The position numbers and the translations under genes were made by a program. DNA of 64,000 nucleotides, taken from Oceanispirochaeta sp. (lineage in GTDB: Bacteria > Spirochaetota > Spirochaetia > DSM-2461). The DNA is taken from positions 1-64,000 of the forward strand of contig CAXXXD010000003.1 in assembly GCA_963663385.2 (NCBI GenBank), written 5' to 3'. Under the pieces are notes generated by a model that did no database searches, was not told the DNA's origin, and was given only the letters and a program-made list of their open reading frames with translations. Shown one piece after another: positions 26,593 through 36,109 of the stretch (positions within the stretch are counted from its first letter, which is position 1; every line of letters starts with the position of its first letter).

Positions 26593-28260
26593 CTACCCGA
26601 CACGGGGCGTGACCGGGGGGGCTGCATCGAATGTTTCCTGCCGGGAGTGGAGTATCCGCGCCGCTGCCCTGGCAGAGCAGCTCCGGCTGGAGCTGGAGCA
26701 GAGGTAGCTGATATCCTCGGGGTAGCCGCTTAGTTCGTAGGAGCTCCTGAGGCCCAGGATTATGGTTTTATCACCGTATCGGGTGGATAAATCCCTGACC
26801 AGTTTCTGCTGAGCCGCTTTCTCGAAATCCTCTCCCGGGAGCGGATAATCCTCTGTCACGACAACTATGGCATCCGCTTCTTTCAATTGCTGATTCCCCG
26901 AGTCGGATGCTTCTTCATGAGTCAGAAATACCGGCTTACCCTCCAGTTCCCCGAACTCCTCCCTAAAACTGTCAAAGGCGGGTTTTTCCTGGTTGGGGCC
27001 GATCCCTCTGCTGTTCATCAGGTTCCTGTAGGAGGACCGCGGGGTTGCGTTAACGCAGGTGATCCGGCCTTTTGCCGGAAGAGGCCATAACCCCTTCTGG
27101 AGAAGAAGGAAACTTTCTCCGGCCGCGGATTCTTCGATGGATACTGCCATATTCTGCTGTTCCGTATCCATGACAGGACCGTCGAGTTTCATGCGGTTCA
27201 GTTTCAGATCGAGTATGCGGAAAAGTTTTTCATCTATTTCGGATTCGCTCAACCGCCCTTCTTCTACAGCCTTTTTGACCGCTTCAAGGGATGCTATCTG
27301 CTTGGGAAGGTAATCGCTGCTATGGTCATAGTGCTCTTCCGAAAGCATAACAACATCGACACCCGCTTTCAGTGCGAGAATCGTTGATTCCGCAGGATCG
27401 TAAAAGCGGCGAATGGCCCCCATGTTCATACTGTCGGAAAGTATCAATCCCCGGAATCCCAGCTCCCCGCGCAGCAGATCTTTCAAAAGGACCTGTGAAA
27501 GGGTTGCCGGATTATCCGGATCAATCTGGGGGTAGCGGATATGGGATGTCATTATAATGTCTGCCCCCGCCTTTATTCCCTCACGGAAGGGAAGCAGGTC
27601 CGTCTCCATCAGTTCCTTCAGGGATTTATCCACCACCGGGATCTCTCTGTGAGTATCCCCGCTGGTCCCTCCGTGGCCGGGGAAGTGTTTAAGAGTCGTC
27701 AGTATCCCTGATTCAGCGCCTCCCCGAACGGCTTCCTGTACACAAGCTGCGACCCTGTCCGGAAATTCCCCGAAAGATCTTGTTCCGATTATAGGAGAAA
27801 GGGGGTCGATATTCACATCCGCACAGGGGCCCAGAAGGGCGTTATAACCGACCGAGAGCATCTCCCTGCCCATTAGACTGTACATCTGCCGGATCCTGTC
27901 CGGATTCTTCAGGGCACCAAGGGCCAGATTGCCCGGTCCCGTATGGGATTCGGGAACCAGAACCCCCCAGGCACCCTCCTGATCCACCCCCAGCAGCAGG
28001 GGGATTTTCCATGGTGTTTCAGAGCCCATCTTCTGCAGCAGGGCTGAGGATTTTTCAGCTTCCTCAAATGTATCGGCATTATCCTGGCTGATGTAGCAGC
28101 CGCAGATTCCGTATTTTTCAATCAGAGGCCGGATTGTTTCAGGATCCTTTCCCGGGTAGGCCAGCAGGAAAAGCTGACCTGCTTTATAGTCCAGAGACAT
28201 CCCTTTGATAATGTCCCGGATCTGACTGTCAGAGTATTTTTTCATTTTCTTATCCTTCAC
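26593..28260 (-). CDS. GH3 beta-N-acetylhexosaminidase (NagZ-like)
   Basis: DQEG, RSFG, KHFPGHG....DTH, SDSMNMGA; no signal peptide seen. Confidence 0.9.
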   Translation of the reverse strand: MKDKKMKKYSDSQIRDIIKGMSLDYKAGQLFLLAYPGKDPETIRPLIEKYGICGCYISQDNADTFEEAEKSSALLQKMGSETPWKIPLLLGVDQEGAWGVLVPESHTGPGNLALGALKNPDRIRQMYSLMGREMLSVGYNALLGPCADVNIDPLSPIIGTRSFGEFPDRVAACVQEAVRGGAESGILTTLKHFPGHGGTSGDTHREIPVVDKSLKELMETDLLPFREGIKAGADIIMTSHIRYPQIDPDNPATLSQVLLKDLLRGELGFRGLILSDSMNMGAIRRFYDPAESTILALKAGVDVVMLSEEHYDHSSDYLPKQIASLEAVKKAVEEGRLSESEIDEKLFRILDLKLNRMKLDGPVMDTEQQNMAVSIEESAAGESFLLLQKGLWPLPAKGRITCVNATPRSSYRNLMNSRGIGPNQEKPAFDSFREEFGELEGKPVFLTHEEASDSGNQQLKEADAIVVVTEDYPLPGEDFEKAAQQKLVRDLSTRYGDKTIILGLRSSYELSGYPEDISYLCSSSSRSCSARAAARILHSRQETFDAAPPVTPRVG

Positions 28261-28276
28261 GTGGTGACAGGCCGGA

Positions 28277-29224
28277 TCAGGCCCGTTTTTCCCTCATTGT
28301 CAGGGATACCGAAATAATGATAATCAACCCGCGGAAAATCATCTGCTGATCTACCGAGAGGCCCATGAGTATCAACCCGTTGTTCAGGATACCCATAATA
28401 AGGGCACCGATTACCGAACCGATAACAGATCCTTTTCCTCCGAACATACTGGTTCCGCCGATGATGACTGCAGCTATAACAATCATGACTTCACTCTCTC
28501 CGAGGGTGTAGCGGGCGCCGTGGAGTCTTCCCGCATACAGTATCCCCGCGAATGCGGCCAGTACGGAGTTGATAACCATAACCGAAAGTTTCATCCGGGA
28601 AACCTTTACTCCCGAATAGAGGGCTGAAATCTTATTGCCTCCGGTTGCCAGCACTTTTCTGCCGAAGGGGGTTTTCTTCAATATAATATGCCCTGCCGCC
28701 GCAGCAAGGATCATCCAGACAAACAAAACGGGAACAGGGCCGATATCTCCGGATCCGAAGATGAAGGTGAATGCCTCGTTATTGATGGGAATGGATTGAA
28801 GATGACTGATCCAGCGGGCCAGTCCCAGGATGATACCGCTCATACCCAGAGTTACCAGGAAGGAGGGGATTCCCACTTTTGCAACAAAGAGCCCGTTTAT
28901 CGTGCCGATAAGGGCCCCTGTCAGCAGGCCGCATAAAATACTGAGCAGAATACTGTCTGTCCATCGGAGAACCAGAGCTGTCATAATCGCAGCCAGGGCC
29001 ACAACGGAACCGAAGGAGAGGTCTATCTCTTCGGCAGCCAGAACAAATGTCATACCCACAGCCATTATGGAGATCATGGCCGTCTGCCTGGCAATATTCA
29101 TCATATTGGAGCCTGTCAGAAATCCCCTGTCAAAGAGCAGAATGGAAAATAACAGGATAATTCCGGTAAAGATAAAGTAGATTACGTGGTTGCGCCACTG
29201 AACCCCTTTTAATTTCTGATTCAT
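28277..29224 (-). CDS. CUT2 sugar ABC permease
   Basis: IDLSFG, PSFLVTLG, ATGGN, IAAVIIGG; start set at ATG 29224 after AGGAG. Confidence 0.92.
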   Translation of the reverse strand: MNQKLKGVQWRNHVIYFIFTGIILLFSILLFDRGFLTGSNMMNIARQTAMISIMAVGMTFVLAAEEIDLSFGSVVALAAIMTALVLRWTDSILLSILCGLLTGALIGTINGLFVAKVGIPSFLVTLGMSGIILGLARWISHLQSIPINNEAFTFIFGSGDIGPVPVLFVWMILAAAAGHIILKKTPFGRKVLATGGNKISALYSGVKVSRMKLSVMVINSVLAAFAGILYAGRLHGARYTLGESEVMIVIAAVIIGGTSMFGGKGSVIGSVIGALIMGILNNGLILMGLSVDQQMIFRGLIIIISVSLTMREKRA

Positions 29225-29245
29225 AAATATTTCTCCTTGCACCGT

Positions 29246-30733
29246 TTACTGAACCTTGTACAAAAGGTCATCTTCACTGACTTTATCCGACAGGAACTCG
29301 GTGATACTCCCTTTTTTCATTATATAGATGGAATCGCAGAAATTCGCGATTTCATTGAATTCCGAAGAGACGAACAGAACCCCGTTCCCCTGGGATGCGT
29401 AATCGTTAATGATTCGCATTATTTCATGTTTGGCATGGACGTCCACGCCGAATGTGGGATCGTCGAGCAGCAGAATCCTGGAATCGCTGGCAAGGCATTT
29501 AGCTACCACTATTTTCTGCTGGTTCCCGCCGGACAGATACCTGACAATCTGTTCCGGTCCCTGAGTTTTAACATTGAGGGATTTAATATAGTGATTCACA
29601 ATCTCAGTTGTTTTTTCCCTGTCCACGACAAAGTGTTTTTTTATCCTGTTGATAATGGATAGAACAACATTGTCTTCCACCGGGAAGTCCAGAACCAGTC
29701 CCTGTTCCCGTCTGTTCTCCGGGACCAGTGTGATTCCGCTGTTGATCGCATCTGAGGAAGACGAGATATCAGACATCTCTCCTTCTATCAGTATCTCACC
29801 CTTTTGAATCCTGTCTATGCCGAACAGGGCCTGTAGGAGTTCGGATCTTCCGCTACCCAGCAGGCCGGCGATACCAACGATTTCACCGGGGTATATTTTC
29901 AGGGATATCTCTTTTATACGGGAAGTGGAAAGGTTTTTGACTTCCAGCAGGGGAGTGCCCTCTCTCCGGGTCTTGTTCCGGTTCCAGGAGATATTCTCTG
30001 TTTCGGAACCTGCCATGGCATCAACAAGAAACTGAAGATCAATGCTTTCCGTGTCTTTCCGGAACACTACCTGTCCGTCTCTCAGCAGGGTCAGGCTGTC
30101 GCAGATTTTGAATATATCCTGCAGATAGTGAGTGATATATATAATTGAGATCCCTTTGCTTTTAAGGGTTTCTATAACGCTGAAAAGACTCTCGATTTCC
30201 GCACTTGAAAGAGAGGCTGTTGGTTCGTCCAGTATCAGGATACGGGGATTGTGGGAAAGGGCCTTGGCAATCTCAATGATCTGCTGTTTTCCCACGCTTA
30301 AGTCTTCTACTCTGTCTCCCGGGCGGATTTCCGTATCCACTCCGATAAGGGCGAGGAGTTCCGCCGCTTTTCTGTATCCTTTTTTATCATCAATCAGCAG
30401 TCCCTTCCTGAAAGGATGGGTCTGAAGAAAAATATTCTCTGCTACTGTCAGACTCGGTATCAGGCTCAAGTCCTGGAATACCATGGCGATTCCGGCCTGT
30501 CTGGCTTCTTCGGGGGTGCTGTAATCATTATTTTCGCCGAACAGGGAGATCTGTCCGGTATCTTTTTTATAGACGCCGTTTATGATTTTCATCAGGGTGG
30601 ATTTCCCGGCGCCGTTGGTTCCGACCAGGGCATGAACTTCTCCCGGTTTGACCCTGAAGTCTACGTTCTTGAGAATTTTCACGTTGTCGAAACTGATACT
30701 TATTCCTGAAGCGTCTATTGAATATTCGCTCAT
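29246..30733 (-). CDS. CUT2 sugar ABC ATP-binding protein
   Basis: GTNGAGKST, LDEPT, LSGGNQQK, DDPTFGVDV; start set at ATG 30733. Confidence 0.93.
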   Translation of the reverse strand: MSEYSIDASGISISFDNVKILKNVDFRVKPGEVHALVGTNGAGKSTLMKIINGVYKKDTGQISLFGENNDYSTPEEARQAGIAMVFQDLSLIPSLTVAENIFLQTHPFRKGLLIDDKKGYRKAAELLALIGVDTEIRPGDRVEDLSVGKQQIIEIAKALSHNPRILILDEPTASLSSAEIESLFSVIETLKSKGISIIYITHYLQDIFKICDSLTLLRDGQVVFRKDTESIDLQFLVDAMAGSETENISWNRNKTRREGTPLLEVKNLSTSRIKEISLKIYPGEIVGIAGLLGSGRSELLQALFGIDRIQKGEILIEGEMSDISSSSDAINSGITLVPENRREQGLVLDFPVEDNVVLSIINRIKKHFVVDREKTTEIVNHYIKSLNVKTQGPEQIVRYLSGGNQQKIVVAKCLASDSRILLLDDPTFGVDVHAKHEIMRIINDYASQGNGVLFVSSEFNEIANFCDSIYIMKKGSITEFLSDKVSEDDLLYKVQ

Positions 30734-30752
30734 TCTAATTCCTTTTCTGAAA

Positions 30753-30794
30753 GGATCAACCGGCCGTCCCTTTCTGGAATCCGCCGGCTGATCC
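30753..30794 (-). terminator. Intra-operon stem-loop after SBP gene
   Basis: GGATCAACCGGC...GCCGGCTGATCC. Confidence 0.5.
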
Positions 30795-30810
30795 GAACTC
30801 ATAGTAATAG

Positions 30811-31914
30811 TTATTTCATTGCTTTTCGAACATCATCGGGAAGGGGTCTGTTCAACGACAGTTCCCAGTGGGATTCGATGTTTTCCCGATCTACTTTAAT
30901 GGCGGGTACGGTTACGAAGGCGGGTGTTTCGTTATCCAGAACGCTAAGGGCACCCATTTTGGCAAGGGTTTCTCCCAGTACATAAGGCAGATCCGCTACC
31001 ATACCCTTCATGTTGCCGTTTTTAACCAGATCCATGGCATTATTGGCTCCCAGATCCATTGTAAAAACTCCGACATCTTTGCGTCCGGCAGCCCGAACAC
31101 CCGCAACAACTCCTTCTGCAATTGTATCCCATGGGGCATAGATGGCATCCACATCGGGAAACTGTGTCAGAATGGCAGAAGCAATCACGTCACCATCGCT
31201 GGGATTTACAATTCCCTTCTTGGTCACGATATTGATATCCGGGTAATCTCTTTTCAGAACAGCTTCCACAGCCCTGTCTCTCTGATTGGTCACATAGTAG
31301 TTGGCATCGTGGAACATCAGAGCGACATCCCCCTTGCCGTTCAGGGATTCACCGATCATTTCGGCAGTGGACTTGCCCATCTGGAACAGATCGTCCGTTA
31401 CGATTCCCGCATAGTCCCGGTTATGGACGAAATCGCTGGGAAGGTTACTGATCAGAACGACCTTGACGCCTTTATCGATGGCCTGTTTCAATGCAACGGA
31501 ACCGCTCACGGGATCTATAACAAGTGTGACAATAATGTCCGGTTTCAGGGCCAGTGTCGTTTCCACATCCGTTCTCTGCTTGTTGGGATCCATTTCCGCA
31601 TCTGTTACAGCCACGACTTCGATCCCAAGGTTTGAAAATGTCTCTTCAGCCCCTGCAATTACCGCATTGGTCCAGTCCGAAGAGGTATGCATCAGAATGG
31701 CTGCTTTGAAATTGCCCTGTTCAAGAGTTTTTTTATCAGCCGGGGAGAGTTTTACTTCATCATAACTGGTTGGAGCTTCTCCCATGGGACCGACAGTCTC
31801 ATAAACAAAATTTTCTTCACTCTCATCCTGGACTCCTGATGCGGATAAGGGGAAAAGTGCCATTACAAATAGGCATAAAATAGGTATAACGTAGATAGTT
31901 TTACAGGTTTTCAT
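30811..31914 (-). CDS. Sugar ABC substrate-binding protein (periplasmic binding protein type 1)
   Basis: Signal peptide; ribose-binding-like pattern; heads the ABC-GH3 operon. Confidence 0.88.
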   Translation of the reverse strand: MKTCKTIYVIPILCLFVMALFPLSASGVQDESEENFVYETVGPMGEAPTSYDEVKLSPADKKTLEQGNFKAAILMHTSSDWTNAVIAGAEETFSNLGIEVVAVTDAEMDPNKQRTDVETTLALKPDIIVTLVIDPVSGSVALKQAIDKGVKVVLISNLPSDFVHNRDYAGIVTDDLFQMGKSTAEMIGESLNGKGDVALMFHDANYYVTNQRDRAVEAVLKRDYPDINIVTKKGIVNPSDGDVIASAILTQFPDVDAIYAPWDTIAEGVVAGVRAAGRKDVGVFTMDLGANNAMDLVKNGNMKGMVADLPYVLGETLAKMGALSVLDNETPAFVTVPAIKVDRENIESHWELSLNRPLPDDVRKAMK

Positions 31915-31952
31915 TTAAAAACTCCTTTCTATAAATGTTTAAATTTATAATA

Positions 31953-32049
31953 TACCTACATTTTATTATAAGTCAAATAAAAAATAGGTATAATGTAGGT
32001 GTTTTTATGGGTAGATACCTACGTAATGCCTTTTGAATGGGCTACCCAT
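31953..32049. promoter_or_regulatory. Cluster of TACCYA half-sites (putative LuxR/NarL-type operators)
   Basis: TACCTAC 31953, TAGGTA 31985, GTAGGT 31995, ATGGGTA-GA-TACCTAC 32007-32022, ATGGG-CTA-CCCAT 32037-32049. Confidence 0.5.
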
Positions 32050-32071
32050 AGAATACTATGGTTTTACCGGT

Positions 32072-32749
32072 TTACTTCAACAGGGGACGGGCATAAAGGT
32101 CCCTTTTCCTCAAACCGTTCTTCCGGGCCCGGTAAACCCATCCGACAGATCCCATCAGGGTATAAAGGAACCGGGGGAAACGGACTGCTGTATAAAGATT
32201 TTCCGTCTCCGGGGCCTCCTCATTTTTCAGATCATCCTTCAGGGACTGATAGGCATGGAGTATATCCTTTTTCATATAGGAGTTGAGAGGCATATCCTTC
32301 ATCTGTTTATAGGGCTCTCCCATCCCCATGCCGATCCCAAAACGCCATGTCAGGGCATTTTTCCGGCAGAAAAGCTGCAGGATATGGAGGGCGTCAGCAT
32401 TTTGCCTCGCTTCGGGAAACCCGCTGTTAACAATACCATATACCCGGATGGCCTTCTTCTCTTTACGGGATTCTCTTTTTAATTCAAATTGCTTCAGCCA
32501 CCAGGTCAGGTGCCCCGGCAGGGTATCCACGTAGAGGGGGAGGGCTATGATCCATATATCGGAATCCTCCATCTGGGAGAGGACCTCTTCAGTGTTTCCG
32601 TCAAGTTTAACGGGGAGTGTCAGAATGTCCGTATGCTGTATTTTCCCATCCTCCTCGGAAAGGAAACCTCTAATATCCTTCAATATTTGAGCGGATGTGC
32701 TGTTGTTCTCTCCCCGGGGGCTGCCGTTTATATAAAGAATCTTATTCAT
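32072..32749 (-). CDS. Flavodoxin-fold / NADPH-dependent FMN reductase-like protein
   Basis: INGSPR, PLYVDTLP, NSGFPE. Confidence 0.82.
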   Translation of the reverse strand: MNKILYINGSPRGENNSTSAQILKDIRGFLSEEDGKIQHTDILTLPVKLDGNTEEVLSQMEDSDIWIIALPLYVDTLPGHLTWWLKQFELKRESRKEKKAIRVYGIVNSGFPEARQNADALHILQLFCRKNALTWRFGIGMGMGEPYKQMKDMPLNSYMKKDILHAYQSLKDDLKNEEAPETENLYTAVRFPRFLYTLMGSVGWVYRARKNGLRKRDLYARPLLK

Positions 32750-33297
32750 GCCTCTTCTCCTTCCAGAAATCTGTCCAGTGCGGAAAAATCACTTTTTTCT
32801 CTGATAACCACAGTGTTCATTGCATCCCTGTGGATGTTGTCGTTCAGATTCTCTCCACAGCGTCTGAACAGTTCCTCTTCTTCCTGATCAATTCCTTTCC
32901 CGTAACCGGTCAGGTAGGGGACGGGGTTGGAGTCATACCGCCCGGGGTGATGGGTTTCTCCCTTGTAGCGTACAAAAAACGGGAGCACCTTTCCGATGGA
33001 ACGATCCAGGAGGATTTTAAGAGCCGGGCTGTAACCTCCCCATGTGACCGGACAGATATACATGACTCTGTCGCTGTTTATCTCCTCTTTCATAACAGCC
33101 TGAGCATCGTCGTTGAAAATACATTTTCCGGGAGTTTTCACCCAGCAGTTGAAACATCCCCTGCAGGGATGCCGGGACACTTTTCCAAGATCAAGAAACT
33201 TTACCTCCCTGCCGGATTCCGAGGCTTTGTCTTTCAGATACCCCAGGATTTCCAGACCCTGAGGATCAGAGGTATCATGAATAATCAGGTGCTTCAT
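32746..33297 (-). CDS. Flavodoxin family iron-sulfur flavoprotein-like protein
   Basis: CRGCFNCWVKTPGKC, PVTWGGYS..LK..LDR. Confidence 0.85.
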   Translation of the reverse strand: MKHLIIHDTSDPQGLEILGYLKDKASESGREVKFLDLGKVSRHPCRGCFNCWVKTPGKCIFNDDAQAVMKEEINSDRVMYICPVTWGGYSPALKILLDRSIGKVLPFFVRYKGETHHPGRYDSNPVPYLTGYGKGIDQEEEELFRRCGENLNDNIHRDAMNTVVIREKSDFSALDRFLEGEEA

Positions 33298-33327
33298 AAT
33301 TAATCTCCTATCGATTACATTGTATTG

Positions 33328-33384
33328 ATGTTTACGCTGTTAACATTTCTGAAGTTTAGAATTTTATGTTTACACTGTCAACAT
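33328..33384. promoter_or_regulatory. Two 19-bp palindromic TetR operators
   Basis: ATGTTTACGCTGTTAACAT (33328-33346) and ATGTTTACACTGTCAACAT (33366-33384) between divergent genes. Confidence 0.75.
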
Positions 33385-33407
33385 AAAAGGTCTATAATCG
33401 GGCTGAT

Positions 33408-34016
33408 ATGAATAATTATCATCATGGGAACCTGAAACAGCTGCTGCTCGAGGAAGGAATCAAGCTTCTGGCGGAGGAGGGGTATAACAACTTCTCTCTC
33501 CGTAAGCTGGCGAGACGATGCAGGGTTTCGCATACCTCGCCCTACAGGCACTTTTCTGACAGGAATGAGCTTATACTGGCTATTGCGAGAGACGTACAGG
33601 ATAAATTCAATACGGCTCTCAGGGATGCTCTGAATTCAACAGAGGGAACGCAAACCGAAAAAATCCTGGCTATGGGAAGGGGGTATGTTCATTTTTTTCT
33701 GGAAAATCCGGATTTTCTGGAGCTGCTTTTCCTGACACCCGAGCTGTGGGATCTATCCTGCGGCAAACACGATCACTCAGACGGTTCATCTCTGGAAACC
33801 TACCTTGCGGCTGTTTTTCAGCTTCTTGCCGAAAGAGATTCTGATTTTGAGGGGTTTTCCATGGATCCTTCCCATCTGGACGGCCGTATTCCGGGGGAAG
33901 CCCTCCGGCCCTGGTGCCTGGTGCACGGTTTAACGGTTCTTCTGGTAAAAAAGGCTCTTCCCGTCTCAGATCCAAAGGCTGTTGATCAGCTTATTTCTCA
34001 GGTTCTTTCTGTTTAA
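33408..34016 (+). CDS. TetR/AcrR family regulator (WHG-type C-terminus)
   Basis: YHHGNL, FSLRKLARRCRVSHTSPYRHF, WCLVHG. Confidence 0.93.
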   Translation: MNNYHHGNLKQLLLEEGIKLLAEEGYNNFSLRKLARRCRVSHTSPYRHFSDRNELILAIARDVQDKFNTALRDALNSTEGTQTEKILAMGRGYVHFFLENPDFLELLFLTPELWDLSCGKHDHSDGSSLETYLAAVFQLLAERDSDFEGFSMDPSHLDGRIPGEALRPWCLVHGLTVLLVKKALPVSDPKAVDQLISQVLSV

Positions 34017-34023
34017 AAACTTC

Positions 34024-34090
34024 TTGACAACATTATATATTCAAAGTATAACAACTGTTATATAACATGTGTTATACAACAGCTGTTATA
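34024..34090 (+). promoter_or_regulatory. sigma70 promoter overlapped by three tandem palindromic operators
   Basis: TTGACA (34024), 17 nt, TATAAC (34047); TATAACAACTGTTATA, TATAACATGTGTTATA and TACAACAGCTGTTATA at 34047, 34061 and 34075. Confidence 0.8.
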
Positions 34091-34116
34091 TAAAAATCAA
34101 AAGAAACAGGATCAAT

Positions 34117-35457
34117 ATGAAACCGGATAAGCCTTACTTTTCTAAATTTATATCGGCTGTTTTTCCAGCTGTTCTAGCTGTCTTTATGGCCGCTCTCTAC
34201 AACATTGCCGATACCTTTTTTGTGGCAAAAGGGACGGGTATCCCTGGAGTTGCTTCGGTAGGTATGGTCCTGCCTCTGATGATGATAGTTATTGCTGTCA
34301 GTCAAACAATCGGTACAGGATGTTCAATCCTTATTTCCTTTGACCGCGGTTCAGAAAAGTCTTCCTTTCAACATATAGCTGCTACATCCGGTATAAAACT
34401 GGCCGTATTATTCGGTGTGATAGTTATTACAGCATTAAGCCTTTCACGAAAGACTATTTTCAACAGTATGGGGGCCGGACAAATTGAAAGTGAACTAGCC
34501 GAAAAATATATGCTTTTTCTGTTGCCGGGGATTATACCATTTGCTGTAACAATGGTTATGGAAAATCTGAGTCGTTCTACTGGACAATATAATCTGGCTT
34601 TAAAATCCATGATAATAGGCGGTTCCTTTAATATAATGCTTGATTATCTGCTTATTATAGTTCTCCCGTTCGGCGTTACAGGAGCCGCCATAGCCACATC
34701 TCTCTCTCAAACATGCTGCATGATATTTAATATGGCAGTCCTATTCGGAAGAAATGGCTATTTCTCCTGGTATTCCGGTAAAACCGTTATAAAAAAGATA
34801 CTCTTGTTTGGTATTCCGGTGCTTATTCATCAACTCTCTCAAGCCTTGGGACTTTTAATGCTCTACTTTTTTACAAGGAACAATACAAACGACATTCATC
34901 TGGCAGCCATTGGGCTTTTTTACAAAATCAGTTTTCTTTTTATGCTTTTGCATATAGGAATCCTTCAGGGGATGCAACCTCTGCTTGGATACTATAAAGG
35001 GCAGAATAATTTTGTATATTTCAGGAAAACCCTGGCTTATTCATTTTTTTCATCACTGTTTATCAGCTTCGCCGGTTTTATGATCCTTCAGTTGTTCCCG
35101 GATAAAACAATTGGTATTTTTCTTCCCTCTCTGGGGGCTATACCTTCTATAGTCAGAAATCTTCGGATTATGGCATTTTCCATGCTTTTCTGGCCCGCTG
35201 GTATAATAATCGGAGGATACTTTCTTTCAGACAGGAACCCGTTTCTTTCATCTTTAATAAATGCATCACGCAATCTTATATTTCTTTATCCTTCGCTTCT
35301 TACTGTTAATTATTTTATGAATCCCTTTGAGAGCATATGGACTGGCTCTGTCGTTGCAGATGCCCTGACTGCTCTGTTGGGAATAATCCTGTTTTGTCTA
35401 TCCGTATCAAAAGGAAGCTTAACTAGCGTCTTCATATGGAAAAGAAGTGTTCAGTAA
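34117..35457 (+). CDS. MATE family efflux transporter
   Basis: LYNIADTFFV, NIMLDYL, GVTGAAIATSLSQ, QGMQPLLGY; start set at ATG 34117. Confidence 0.9.
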   Translation: MKPDKPYFSKFISAVFPAVLAVFMAALYNIADTFFVAKGTGIPGVASVGMVLPLMMIVIAVSQTIGTGCSILISFDRGSEKSSFQHIAATSGIKLAVLFGVIVITALSLSRKTIFNSMGAGQIESELAEKYMLFLLPGIIPFAVTMVMENLSRSTGQYNLALKSMIIGGSFNIMLDYLLIIVLPFGVTGAAIATSLSQTCCMIFNMAVLFGRNGYFSWYSGKTVIKKILLFGIPVLIHQLSQALGLLMLYFFTRNNTNDIHLAAIGLFYKISFLFMLLHIGILQGMQPLLGYYKGQNNFVYFRKTLAYSFFSSLFISFAGFMILQLFPDKTIGIFLPSLGAIPSIVRNLRIMAFSMLFWPAGIIIGGYFLSDRNPFLSSLINASRNLIFLYPSLLTVNYFMNPFESIWTGSVVADALTALLGIILFCLSVSKGSLTSVFIWKRSVQ

Positions 35458-35521
35458 ATTGCAATTACTAAGAAGAACTCACCATGTTTATAAAAGTAAA
35501 GGAATCCGGGTATAAAAAGAC

Positions 35522-36079
35522 ATGCCTCCAAAAAAAGAAATTACAAAAGATATGATATTGATAAGTGCGTTCAATCTTGTAAGAGAACAAGGTTACCTGC
35601 AGCTCACAGCAAGGAACCTGGCAGGATATATGAAGTGCTCGACAATGCCTATTTATTCTGAAATTGAGAATATGGAAGCTCTGGAAAGGGACGTGGCAGG
35701 TAAATCTCTGGATCTTCTCATTAAATACCAGATTACCAGATACGCAGACGATCCTGTTTTATCCATCTCGCTGGGAACTCTCCGGTTTTCTCTCAATGAG
35801 AAAGAGTTATTTAAAGTTATGATGCTCAATGACGATCCTGGACAAAAAGAAACAAGAGCTTTAATGCAGAATAAGGCCAGAGAGGAAATCACGGAGTTTC
35901 TCAGAAAAATCGGTTCCTGTACTGAAAGGGAAATAACTGACATGCAGGAAATATTAAAAAAGATGATGATCTTCACAATAGGTCTATGTGTTTCCTTTCA
36001 TTTCAATGCTGTAAGTGTGACGAAGGAAGAGCTGGAAGAACGCATCAGAGATTATTATCGTTTGCTGGAAAATCATTAA
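35522..36079 (+). CDS. TetR family regulator
   Basis: MPPK..ITKDMIL, LTARNLAGYMKCSTMPIYS HTH. Confidence 0.88.
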   Translation: MPPKKEITKDMILISAFNLVREQGYLQLTARNLAGYMKCSTMPIYSEIENMEALERDVAGKSLDLLIKYQITRYADDPVLSISLGTLRFSLNEKELFKVMMLNDDPGQKETRALMQNKAREEITEFLRKIGSCTEREITDMQEILKKMMIFTIGLCVSFHFNAVSVTKEELEERIRDYYRLLENH

Positions 36080-36109
36080 GCACAATTGGAAACCGCAGGG
36101 AGGAGATTG

